This document shows positions 1 to 8,444 of a stretch of DNA of 64,000 bases, piece by piece. The position numbers and the translations under genes were made by a program. The number at the start of each line of letters is the position of its first letter. Positions within the stretch are counted from its first letter, which is position 1. This stretch comes from Saprospiraceae bacterium. GTDB taxonomy: Bacteria > Bacteroidota > Bacteroidia > Chitinophagales > Saprospiraceae. The DNA is taken from the NCBI GenBank assembly GCA_016710115.1, contig JADJLN010000001.1, positions 300,029-364,028 on the forward strand, written 5' to 3'. The notes beneath the pieces were generated by a model, which saw only the letters and a list, made by a program, of their open reading frames with translations, did no database searches and was not told the DNA's origin.

Positions 1-1640
1 TTACGGTCATCTTCCTTACAGGTGAATTATAATACAGATTGGTTTGGTCAGGACATAATCACGAGCGGAAATCTTGCAATTTCAAGTGGGGATTTTAACG
101 CGAGTTATTCACTAAGCACTCAGGACATTACTTCTGATGTTTTCGAAATTAAACTTGAATCAAACGCTCTACCAACAGGGTTAAACTATTTGGATGAAAA
201 TACCGAATTGCTCTTATGTACCTTTGGAGTAAGTATCCAAGACTTTGACATTGAAGACCCAATTTATGTTGAAAACACTCAATTTGATTCAAAGTTTTAT
301 GATTCGGAAGGAACGCTTCAAGAAACAATTTGCGGTGAAATAAATGTAGAGAGTCGAGCTTGTAGTCCTGAAATTACAGGTATTGATTTAAAAAGAGTGC
401 TGGTACAGAAAGTATCTTAGAAATAACTGGTAGCGGATTCATCCATGATAGTGCCGAGCCTGGGGATGAGTGGTGTGGACTTCCAAATGATGAACATAGA
501 GTTAAATTTACTGATGTTAATGGAGATTGGGTAGCCCCTTTAGAAGGAGACTATTTAGAATGGACAGATACCAAAATCAGAGTTAAAGTACCTACAGAAG
601 GATATGTCGATAACAGCTTTTCAAGAACAGATACGGACAATGACGAATATGCCGCAACTGGTGAAATTCGGGTTTGTATTAACGACAATTTATTTGCTTG
701 CACCTGTTTTGATACCAGTGACCCAAGTGACAATTCCAATAATGGAGAACTCTATGTACCGTTTTCAACTTATACAAAAGATAGAGAAGGGGAAAGTGGT
801 TATAATACTGGGGATTGTAATCATTCACACCATGCAAGATTAACATCTTTTTTATCTAATCAATCGGTTTTATTTGATTTAGACGCTTTACCGTCTGATG
901 ATGCAAAAAATGCGTTCATTAGGGCACTTAATACATGGCGATGTGCTATAGATATTAACTATGGAATTAATTCGAGTTTTGGTATTCCTGTTACTATGGG
1001 TAATACTCCTGCAGGTTTGGCAGGATTCACACACTTGAATATAGCAAATTGTGGTTTAGATGACCAGAAGCTAATTTGGCCTACCGAAATCACCTTCGAC
1101 AACAGTCTTTCATGGCATTTCACAACTGCAAGCCCCCCAAATAACAAGATAGATTTTGAAAGTGCTGCGCTACATGAAATAGGTCATGCACTTGGTCTTA
1201 TACATACGTCAAATGACCCTAATATAATGTATCCTACGTTAGATAATGGGGCAAACAAAAGAAGTCTAACTGGTGATGATTTAGAAGGCGGGCAATTCTG
1301 CCAAACAAGAAGCTTGGTTACAATACCTCAATCTGGTTGTGGGATTGAATTATTGCCTCTGGCAGAGGATTGCAATATACCCACTCATACTCTTGAATTG
1401 TTGGCGGAATCTAATATTTATGTGTATCCAAACCCAACAATAAACAACCTATATATAAGCTCAGATAATTTAGACTATTCCTTTAGCATTTATGATATGC
1501 AAGGACAACGTATAGCGGGTCCGATAATTCCGAATTCTACTCGATTTACATTTTCAACGGCTACCCTTTCCTCAGGTATTTACTTGGTGATAATTGAAAA
1601 AGGAAACCAAATCTTTAACCTCAAAATTTCGAAAATATGA
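1..1640 (+). pseudogene. Matrixin (M10)-like zinc metalloprotease with IPT/TIG-like repeats and a T9SS (Por) C-terminal sorting domain. The 5' end lies outside the window. The N-terminal part (22..420) is in a different frame from the rest (open frame 387..1640), so the gene is frameshifted or carries a sequence error.
   Basis: The translation contains HEIGHALGLIHTSNDPNIMYP, which is the HExxHxxGxxH zinc site plus the Met-turn of metzincins/matrixins. ITGSGF-type IPT-like segments are present. The C-terminus (YVYPNPTINNLYI...GIYLVIIEKGNQIFNLKISKI) has the pattern of a Bacteroidota T9SS CTD. Frame 0 is open from 387 with no ATG until 996. The upstream frame +1 ORF ends at 420. Both frames read protein-like across the junction. 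Confidence 0.6.
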
Positions 1641-1720
1641 AATGGTTAAAAATGCTTATTTGGTTTTCGCTATTTGCTTCTTGCTGACCTAAATATTCAG
1701 CAATTCCTCAAGAAGAATTA

Positions 1721-2056
1721 GTGCTTTCTGAAAAAGAAGTGGTTTTTTTAGCCAGAAATTGCGATTACGTTGAGCTAATGTGTTCAGAAAGGATGATTAA
1801 TGCGGGTAAAGATAATGAGTATAAATACGATAACATAATTGTAAATATACTTGACAAAACTGATTGTTTTGAAGGAGAGTCCTATTCAAAACTAATTTCT
1901 GTAATAGGAGATCCTTCAATATCGACGGATTTAGTGGTTGGTTACAAGTTTGTAAAACAAACTGAGCCAGATAGGTTTCTTATTCTCAACTTTGGATTAA
2001 AAGATGGTGTAGTTCAGGGTCATGCTCTACTTTCTGGACATGAAGTCAAAAACTAA
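1721..2056 (+). CDS. Hypothetical protein (111 aa) with no recognisable motif. It lies in the AT-rich island immediately downstream of the metalloprotease.
   Basis: Intact ORF with coding-like composition, followed by a hairpin at 2098..2116. No signal peptide or TM segment is evident. Confidence 0.35.
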   Translation: MLSEKEVVFLARNCDYVELMCSERMINAGKDNEYKYDNIIVNILDKTDCFEGESYSKLISVIGDPSISTDLVVGYKFVKQTEPDRFLILNFGLKDGVVQGHALLSGHEVKN

Positions 2057-2097
2057 ATTGAGGAGAGAACTATCACTAACACAGCATAAAACGGCAA

Positions 2098-2116
2098 GTG
2101 GGGCTAAATGCCCCAC
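2098..2116 (+). terminator. Stem-loop GTGGGGC-taaat-GCCCCAC after ORF 1721..2056, a possible intrinsic terminator.
   Basis: Perfect 7 bp inverted repeat with a 5 nt loop. The downstream T-tract is weak (gcgtttatg). Confidence 0.35.
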
Positions 2117-2348
2117 CTGCGTTTATGCCAACCGTTAGCGGTCATTGTGAAAGACAGCTCCTAAATAATACGACCTTCCCGAAGCGATTTTTTTCGGACT
2201 TTCATTGTCAGTCTAAACATCCTTGTATCAAGTAGTTACTGCGGACTTATAATTGACGTTGGCGATTTTTTTTTGTTTTTCGTTGTTTATTTATTGTTTA
2301 TCAATATATTTATATTATCTTTGCATCAATTATTTAATCTTAAATTTT

Positions 2349-2885
2349 ATGACAAAGAAAAATGATGCTATCTTAAAAGTGTTACATGTTGTGTCTTGGA
2401 TCGCCTTTATTGGGCTATGCATTGAGGCAGGAGCCTTGATTTTCAATTTCGTGTACGCTTTGTTCAAACCTATTGCCAGCCATAATATCTATAAGGGGTT
2501 AGATCTCTCAGAAATGTATACAAACCATTTTCCCCAATTTATTGGTGTAATGAGTTTTGTGGTGGCACTGGTTATTCTAAAGGCTTACCTGTTTTACCTT
2601 GTAGTGAAGATTTTCCAGAAACTAAATCTGGTAAAACCTTTTGATGTTGAAATCTCAAAACTGATTGAAAAAATAAGTTATGAAGCAATAGCTATAGCTG
2701 TTGTCAGCTTAATTGCTCATCAGTTTACCAAACGGCTTATACAAAACGGATATGAAGTGAGCCATGTAGAAAAGTACTGGAATGATGCGGCTGCATTTCT
2801 GATGATGGCTGTGATCCTTTTCATAATATCCCAGGTATTCAAAAAAGGAATTGAATTACAAAACGAAAATGATTTAACTGTTTGA
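2349..2885 (+). CDS. DUF2975-family multi-pass membrane protein.
   Basis: About 4 hydrophobic helices and an architecture typical of DUF2975. It is immediately followed by a YozG-like HTH gene, and that pairing is a conserved two-gene module. The start was chosen at ATG 2349 (MTKKNDAILK), because the upstream 2253..2348 part of the ORF is AT-rich and low-complexity. Confidence 0.65.
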   Translation: MTKKNDAILKVLHVVSWIAFIGLCIEAGALIFNFVYALFKPIASHNIYKGLDLSEMYTNHFPQFIGVMSFVVALVILKAYLFYLVVKIFQKLNLVKPFDVEISKLIEKISYEAIAIAVVSLIAHQFTKRLIQNGYEVSHVEKYWNDAAAFLMMAVILFIISQVFKKGIELQNENDLTV

Positions 2886-2888
2886 GTT

Positions 2889-3116
2889 ATGCCAATCATT
2901 GTAAACTTAGATGTGATGATGGCAAAGCGTAAAATCTCTCTCAATGAACTTTCAGAAAGAGTTGATTTGACATTATCAAACCTTTCCATTTTAAAGACAG
3001 GAAAGGCAAAAGCAATTCGTTTTAGTACATTGGAATCTATATGTAAAGCCTTGGACTGCCAACCAGCTGACATTTTAGAATATAGAAACGATGATGGTAA
3101 AACAACGAACCGCTAA
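2889..3116 (+). CDS. XRE/Cro-type helix-turn-helix transcriptional regulator, YozG-like (75 aa).
   Basis: The translation MPIIVNLDVMMAKRKISLNELSERVDLTLSNLSILKTGKAKAIRFSTLESICKALDCQPADILEY closely matches the short YozG-type HTH regulators that accompany DUF2975 genes. Confidence 0.85.
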   Translation: MPIIVNLDVMMAKRKISLNELSERVDLTLSNLSILKTGKAKAIRFSTLESICKALDCQPADILEYRNDDGKTTNR

Positions 3117-3117
3117 C

Positions 3118-3247
3118 AGCGGTTTGGCAAAAGGCGGGCTGACGTGCTTCGTAGAAACATTTGTGCTAAAACAGACATTTGATTTTCGTATGAACTTTGG
3201 TGCTAAAAATCCCGCCCATCGCCAATCTGCAAACCGTTATCGGTTAT
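3118..3247. repeat. Copy A of a ~110-130 bp intergenic element with conserved blocks GGCGGGCTGACGTGC ... TTGTGCTA ... TTTGGTGCTAAAAATCCCGCCC ... CAAACCGTT and internal inverted termini GGCGGG/CCCGCC.
   Basis: Aligns block-wise with 4325..4456: the same conserved blocks occur in the same order and spacing, with variable spacers. It sits between the HTH gene stop and the DUF1003 start. Confidence 0.55.
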
Positions 3248-3261
3248 TTTAGACACCCAAA

Positions 3262-3954
3262 ATGAAAACAAGCCACATAAGCAAACAAGAAATTCAGAAG
3301 GGTGAAGACGTAAAAGGTCAGGACATCAGAGAAGGAATTTTCAATCTAATCAAATCCGAATTCCCGGACTTTGACCAAAACGATTTTATAACTATAGATG
3401 AACTAAATCATTACAGACGACTTTATTTGACATCACTAATTACTCAAGAAAAAGGAGAAATTGCAGTAATTGATAGAGATGTAATGGAAGCAATAAAAAA
3501 TAATTCCATTCTTTCCGAAAACATTCAGGACGAAATAGAAGCAGACCTCACATTCGGACAAAAACTTGCTGACAAGGTTGCTGCATTTGGTGGTAGTTGG
3601 ACATTCATTATCACTTTTTTTTCTTTCATTTTAATCTGGATGATTATTAATATTTGGTTTTTAGCCACACGACCATTTGACCCATTCCCATTTATACTTC
3701 TTAATCTTATTCTTTCTTGTTTGGCGGCAATTCAAGCACCAATTATTATGATGAGCCAAAATAGACAGGAACAAAAAGACAGGCAAAGAAGCGAACACGA
3801 TTACAAAATCAATTTAAAGGCAGAACTTGAAATAAAATTGTTGAGTGAAAAAATAGACCATTTATTGGCTCATCAGAACAAAAAATTATTGGAAATTCAA
3901 GAAGTTCAAACGGACTATTTAGAGGACCTAATGAAAGAAATGAGAAAGAAATGA
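3262..3954 (+). CDS. DUF1003-family membrane protein.
   Basis: The GGSWTFIITFF...FDPFPFILLNLILSCLAAIQAPIIMMSQNRQEQKDRQRSEHDY core is characteristic of DUF1003. It has two TM helices and a C-terminal coiled-coil-like tail. Confidence 0.65.
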   Translation: MKTSHISKQEIQKGEDVKGQDIREGIFNLIKSEFPDFDQNDFITIDELNHYRRLYLTSLITQEKGEIAVIDRDVMEAIKNNSILSENIQDEIEADLTFGQKLADKVAAFGGSWTFIITFFSFILIWMIINIWFLATRPFDPFPFILLNLILSCLAAIQAPIIMMSQNRQEQKDRQRSEHDYKINLKAELEIKLLSEKIDHLLAHQNKKLLEIQEVQTDYLEDLMKEMRKK

Positions 3955-4307
3955 AATTAGAAAACCGCAGACAGAAGGTAACACCGTTACCTTACTTCTT
4001 ATTCAGACTTGGAAGGTATGGACTATTTGCTTTAGGGTTAATTGTGTTTTCTGTTTTGTTAGGGACATTTGGATACCATCATTTTGGACAATTTTCTTGG
4101 CTTGACAGTTTTCATATGGCTTGTATGATTTTGACAGGTATGGGACCGGTTGTAGAAATGACAACACCGACAGCAAAAATATTTTCATCTATGTATGCTC
4201 TTTACAGTAGAGTGGCCTTTTTAAGTATAACAGCAGTTTTCTTTGCACCTATAATTCATAGACTTCTGCACATCTTACACGTAGAACAAGACGAAAATGA
4301 AAACTAA
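3951..4307 (+). CDS. Small membrane protein (118 aa, ~2-3 TM helices) of unknown function. Its start overlaps the stop of the DUF1003 gene (ATGA).
   Basis: Hydrophobic segments FALGLIVFSVLLGTFGY and FLSITAVFFAPII. The 4 bp start/stop overlap suggests translational coupling. Confidence 0.5.
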   Translation: MKLENRRQKVTPLPYFLFRLGRYGLFALGLIVFSVLLGTFGYHHFGQFSWLDSFHMACMILTGMGPVVEMTTPTAKIFSSMYALYSRVAFLSITAVFFAPIIHRLLHILHVEQDENEN

Positions 4308-4324
4308 CAAAAGGAGAAGAAAAA

Positions 4325-4456
4325 CAACCGATAACATGGGTTTTGCTTCAGGCGGGGTGACGTGCAAACTTGACGCATTGTGCTACTATTCAAGTTCAGT
4401 GCTTGTTGACAATTTTGTGCTCCGAAACCCGCCCGAACGCAAAGCCCGAAACCGTT
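4325..4456. repeat. Copy B of the GGCGGG(G)TGACGTGC...CCCGCC...AAACCGTT intergenic element.
   Basis: Block-wise homology to 3118..3247. Its 5' end AACCGATAAC is the reverse complement of the 3' end GTTATCGGTT of copy A. It marks the boundary between the AT-rich and GC-rich DNA. Confidence 0.55.
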
Positions 4457-4616
4457 GAACAATCCCCCTCCATAATTCCGATAATACGAAGACAGCGTTA
4501 TGGACAAATATGCTGTCGTGAGCGACAATGATGAAAGGGGTAGGAATGAACCTGCTCAGGTAGGATTGCATGTGTAAACATCCCCCAAAAACAGTTCAGA
4601 TCACAGGTTGAATCAA

Positions 4617-5555
4617 CTAGACTCTCCCCCCCAACAACAACCCCAGCCACTTCCAGCGTAAATACCCCACCCGGAAGAAAGGTATCTGACTGGCTCCGAA
4701 ATCCCGCCGGACGCGCTCTACCGGTTCGATCATGCTGCCCATAAAGTCGAAATAGCGAAGACCAGGTTGTCGCAGGGCCCATTCCAGAGCCTCCCACACC
4801 AGAAGGACAAAGGCCCCGGATGCGCGGAGATCCGGATCGGTGCCGGCCATCAACAGATACACGGTGTGTTCATCACGCACCAGATACAGCCCGGCATGCA
4901 CCTGCCCGGTCTGCCTGTCCCTTGCAAGTAGAATGGTTTGTCGATCTTCTTTTCTGGCTGCTTCATCCAATCGTGCCAGAACAGACCAGGGCACCGGGTT
5001 GGCCATGTTCTGGCGGCGGTAGGTCATCTCGTGGACAGCATGAAATGCCTGAAGATCCCCATCCCCATCCACAGTGACCATTTCCTGTGCCTTGGGAATC
5101 TTCCGTTGGCGGTATTCTGCCGTCATGTTTTCACGTATCTGTTCTTTCCCCTGGGAAAGATCGATGCGATAGGAGTACCGGGTCCATTGCCTGAATCCCA
5201 ACCAGTATAGAGGAAGCCAGTTCGTCAGTGAATAGGGGGTGTCCTGTCGGAAGATCAACTGTCTGGGTATTTGCTCCCACAGTGCAGGGATCAATTTGTA
5301 TCGCTGCCGGTCATTGTCGAAGTCGGGGTGGAAAACCGGACCCATCATCCGCACCAGAAGCGGCATGGTCACATAGCGGAAAGGACCCTTCTTTTTTGGA
5401 TAATAGGGCCAGGCCGCCACGTCCTTACCGCCTCTTTCCTGCAGGACAACCTGCCATCCCGGTGCCAGGGCATCGAGATACCAGGGTTCCATAAAGACCG
5501 GAAGGTCAGGAACCTGTGCACAGAAGATCGCATACCGTTGCCGGGAATCCATCAT
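4617..5555 (-). CDS. GNAT-fold acyltransferase of the FemAB/BioF2-like (Acetyltransf_6-type) family.
   Basis: 312 aa. Its length and profile (W-rich N-half, TILLARDRQTGQVHAGLYLVRDEHTVYLLMAGTDPDLRASGAFVLLVWEALEWA C-half) resemble FemAB-like GNAT acyltransferases. The assignment is by resemblance only. Confidence 0.5.
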   Translation of the reverse strand: MMDSRQRYAIFCAQVPDLPVFMEPWYLDALAPGWQVVLQERGGKDVAAWPYYPKKKGPFRYVTMPLLVRMMGPVFHPDFDNDRQRYKLIPALWEQIPRQLIFRQDTPYSLTNWLPLYWLGFRQWTRYSYRIDLSQGKEQIRENMTAEYRQRKIPKAQEMVTVDGDGDLQAFHAVHEMTYRRQNMANPVPWSVLARLDEAARKEDRQTILLARDRQTGQVHAGLYLVRDEHTVYLLMAGTDPDLRASGAFVLLVWEALEWALRQPGLRYFDFMGSMIEPVERVRRDFGASQIPFFRVGYLRWKWLGLLLGGRV

Positions 5556-6193
5556 GGCAATTTTCGGGCTACGGACAAGCCATCGCGCAATGGAAGGATC
5601 ACCTGTTCTATGCGCGGATCATGGGCCAGTTTCTGATTGTAGGCATCCAGCGCCCGGGTATCTTCATCCTGATCTGTGTCCAGGACCTTGCCGCTCCACA
5701 GGACATTGTCCGACAGAATGAGGCCGCCCGGGTTGATCTTGTCAAAAGCCAGATCAAAATAGACCGGGTAATCCGGTTTGTGTGCATCCAGAAAGACGAG
5801 ATCGAACGGGCCGGTAAGATCCGGGATGATATCCAGCGCACTCCCGATATGCAACCGGATCCGATCGGCAAGACCGGCTTTTTCGACATAGCGCCGGATC
5901 ATGGGCGCTCTTTCCTCATCCACTTCGATCGTCTCGATTACGCCCCCGGGTGCCAGACCCTGTGCCAGGCAAATGGCGCTGTATCCCGTAAACGTCCCCA
6001 CTTCGAGAATCCGTTTGGGGGCGATGAGCTGGCTGATCAGGGTCAGAAACCGACCCTGCCAGGCACCTGTCAGCATCTGTGGATACATGGTCTTGAGGTG
6101 GGTTTCGCGTTCCAGCTCATCCAGAACGGACGAGACTGGTGTACTCCATCGGCTGCAATAGTCTTCCAAACGGGCATCTACGATCTGCGGCAT
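5552..6193 (-). CDS. Class I SAM-dependent O-methyltransferase, family 3 (caffeoyl-CoA OMT-like).
   Basis: ILEVGTFTGYSAICLA (SAM motif I), VFLDAHKPDY and GGLILSDNVLWSG are typical of O-MT family 3. The start was set at ATG 6193 (MPQIVDARLEDY). The ORF track begins at an upstream GTG. Confidence 0.8.
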   Translation of the reverse strand: MPQIVDARLEDYCSRWSTPVSSVLDELERETHLKTMYPQMLTGAWQGRFLTLISQLIAPKRILEVGTFTGYSAICLAQGLAPGGVIETIEVDEERAPMIRRYVEKAGLADRIRLHIGSALDIIPDLTGPFDLVFLDAHKPDYPVYFDLAFDKINPGGLILSDNVLWSGKVLDTDQDEDTRALDAYNQKLAHDPRIEQVILPLRDGLSVARKLP

Positions 6194-6265
6194 GCATTGT
6201 ATTTTGCGGAAAATTAGCCCGACCACGGGGAATACCCAAATTCAATACCGGATAATGGTTCGCCC

Positions 6266-8113
6266 ATGATCATTTCTTTTCGCCGTGTGCTGCTGCTTCT
6301 GCTCGGGTTTTCCCTCGTCTGGAGTATTCTTCACCACCAGGTAGCAGAGGGTAAATCCCGGGTGATCACCTGGGACAGCTACGGGTATTACCTCTATTTA
6401 CCCGCCATTCTCAAGTTCGGAGACATTTCGGACTTTGCTTTTGTACAGGAACACCTCGATCTGTACAAGCCTTCCGATACAGCCTATCAGATCTTTGAAA
6501 AGGATGGTCAGACAACGCCGACCTATACCATGGGTGTGGCCATCCTCTGGCTGCCGTTTTATGCGATCGCCGATCTTTGGGCCTCTGTTGACCCCCGATT
6601 TCCGGCAGACGGGCTTTCGCAACCCTATCAATGGATGGTCATCCTGGCTGGCTTGACCTGGCTGGCGCTCGGTCTATTCTGGCTCCATGCTTTCCTGGGC
6701 CGATACCTGCAACCCCGAACGGTGCTGATCACCCTGTCCATCCTGGTACTGGGGACAAACCTGTTTTATTACACGACTGTCCAACCGGGCATGCCCCACG
6801 TGTACCTGTTTGCTCTTTACGCCGGTTTGTTATTGCTCCTGGAGCGCTTGTATGCATCCCCGACATGGGGAAAAGGAGTCCTGCTCGGCTTCTGTCTGGC
6901 CGTTATGGCCCTCTGCCGTCCTTCCGAAGCACTGGCTGTGATCCTGGTCGCCGGGTTTCTATGGCAAAAAGCAGGCAACTTGACCGCGTTGGGCAAGTGG
7001 ATCCGGCTTCACTGGCCGGTTTTGGGAGTGGCCGTTCTGGCTGGCCTGGTGACGATCTTCCCGCAAATGCTGATCTGGAAGTGGACCACCGGGCAATGGA
7101 TCTATAATACCTATGCCGCCTACGGGCATACCTTTGATCTCACCCGACCTCATCTGCTGGACGGCCTGTTCAGTTACCGGAAAGGGTGGCTGGTGTACAC
7201 GCCCCTGATGATCCTCGGAGTGGCTGGTTTGATCCCCTTAGTCAGAAAAAGAAATACATGGGCCTGGCCTGTAGTCCTGTTTTTTATCGCCAATCTGTGG
7301 ATCGTACTCAGCTGGCATATCTGGTGGTATGCGGGGTCCTTCGGTATGCGTGCCCTGGTGCAATCCTGCGCGGTACTGGCCCTCCCGCTCGGTATGGGTT
7401 GGGAAGCCTGGAGCGGGACATCCTGGCGAAGATCGTTTCTTCCAGCACTTGTCTTCCTCGCTTGCGGGTTGAATCTGTTCCAGTCCTGGCAGATCGAAAA
7501 CGGAATATTGAAAAGTGACCAGATGAACAGGCCTTATTATTGGGCTGCATTTGGCAAGGTGAATCCTGACCGTTCGATGTTGCGGTGGCTGAATATTCCG
7601 GAAGGGCCGGCTAATTCTCCCCTGTTTGCAGAACAGATCGTGCAACTACATGCCTCACGCGACTCGACGCGGCAGGCAGAATGGGTGCAGGACCGAATGG
7701 CCTGGCCTGTCCGGGGCACGGACCAGTACAGTCCGACCATCCGGATCACCCTGACCGATACGCTGGCCCGGGAATGGTCCGGCCAATGGTTGCAACTATC
7801 CGCCTGGATCCATGTGGGTGACGATACAGCACCGGGCGAGCGAGGGGCCCATCTTGCATTTCATCTCCAACAACCGGAAGGCGATGGTGCGTGGTACGGT
7901 ATGCAACTGGTGCGCATGGCTGAACCGGGAGGCTGGTGGCCGGTTCAATACGAGGTAAAGATGCCGGAAAACCTCCGGGCAGGGGATGCCATCGTCGCCG
8001 TCGTCTGGGTGCCCGACAGTCCCGATCGGTTCTGGGTTAACGATATCACGTTGAGCCGGTTGTTTTTTAGAAGCATCGCTGTTGGAAACAGGTTGCCTCA
8101 CCCTGGATTCTGA
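6266..8113 (+). CDS. Large polytopic membrane protein (615 aa), a putative GT-C-type glycosyltransferase (ArnT/PMT-like).
   Basis: More than 10 predicted TM helices in the N-terminal two thirds, a WDSYGYYLYLP motif near the first loop, and a soluble C-terminal domain. Family membership is inferred. Confidence 0.45.
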   Translation: MIISFRRVLLLLLGFSLVWSILHHQVAEGKSRVITWDSYGYYLYLPAILKFGDISDFAFVQEHLDLYKPSDTAYQIFEKDGQTTPTYTMGVAILWLPFYAIADLWASVDPRFPADGLSQPYQWMVILAGLTWLALGLFWLHAFLGRYLQPRTVLITLSILVLGTNLFYYTTVQPGMPHVYLFALYAGLLLLLERLYASPTWGKGVLLGFCLAVMALCRPSEALAVILVAGFLWQKAGNLTALGKWIRLHWPVLGVAVLAGLVTIFPQMLIWKWTTGQWIYNTYAAYGHTFDLTRPHLLDGLFSYRKGWLVYTPLMILGVAGLIPLVRKRNTWAWPVVLFFIANLWIVLSWHIWWYAGSFGMRALVQSCAVLALPLGMGWEAWSGTSWRRSFLPALVFLACGLNLFQSWQIENGILKSDQMNRPYYWAAFGKVNPDRSMLRWLNIPEGPANSPLFAEQIVQLHASRDSTRQAEWVQDRMAWPVRGTDQYSPTIRITLTDTLAREWSGQWLQLSAWIHVGDDTAPGERGAHLAFHLQQPEGDGAWYGMQLVRMAEPGGWWPVQYEVKMPENLRAGDAIVAVVWVPDSPDRFWVNDITLSRLFFRSIAVGNRLPHPGF

Positions 8114-8129
8114 TTTACCTTCGCTGATT

Positions 8130-8444
8130 ATGATCTGGAAACTACTCGTCCTGTTCGCTCTTTTTGCTTCTGTCACTCTGTGGGCATGTACGGATAAGCC
8201 AGCTGCGCCATCGGTAAGGGATGCTGCTGCAGTGTACACCCAATACTGTGTCCTCTGTCATGGAGCAGATGGCCGCCGGGGCCTGAATGGCGCCGGTGAC
8301 CTGACCGCATCCACCCTTCCCCTGGAGCAACGCATCCAGCAGATCACTCACGGGAAAGGCCTGATGACGCCGTATGCCGGAATCCTGACCCCGGAAGAGA
8401 TCGAAGCCGTCGCCCGATATACCCTTACGTTAGCCAGCCAATGA
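8130..8444 (+). CDS. Class I c-type cytochrome with an N-terminal signal peptide.
   Basis: CVLCHG (CxxCH haem-binding motif) and a signal sequence MIWKLLVLFALFASVTLWAC. The start was set at ATG 8130, in frame with ORF-track 8082. Confidence 0.75.
   Translation: MIWKLLVLFALFASVTLWACTDKPAAPSVRDAAAVYTQYCVLCHGADGRRGLNGAGDLTASTLPLEQRIQQITHGKGLMTPYAGILTPEEIEAVARYTLTLASQ

Noticed and set aside
3118-4456. Interpretation of the two flanking elements as integron attC sites of a gene cassette.
   Set aside because: Only a loose GTTGAAC core-like end is present. The inverse core and the R''/L'' architecture are not recognisable, and no intI gene is in the window. This is kept as a speculative note inside a finding and not as a feature.
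4386-5494. Cluster of overlapping ORFs on both strands at 4386..5494 (e.g. 4498..4797 -, 4820..5077 +, 5228..5494 +).
   Set aside because: They overlap the GNAT gene or the GC-rich spacer and show Arg/Pro/Gly-rich nonsense composition.
5516-6217. Long antisense or overlapping ORFs inside GC-rich genes (e.g. 5516..6217 +, 16429..17244 +, 21511..22410 -, 40440..41366 +, 43806..44630 +, 8729..9373 -, 10979..11542 -).
   Set aside because: Each lies opposite or out of frame to a gene with a clear family-level match. High GC suppresses stop codons in alternative frames. None has recognisable motifs.
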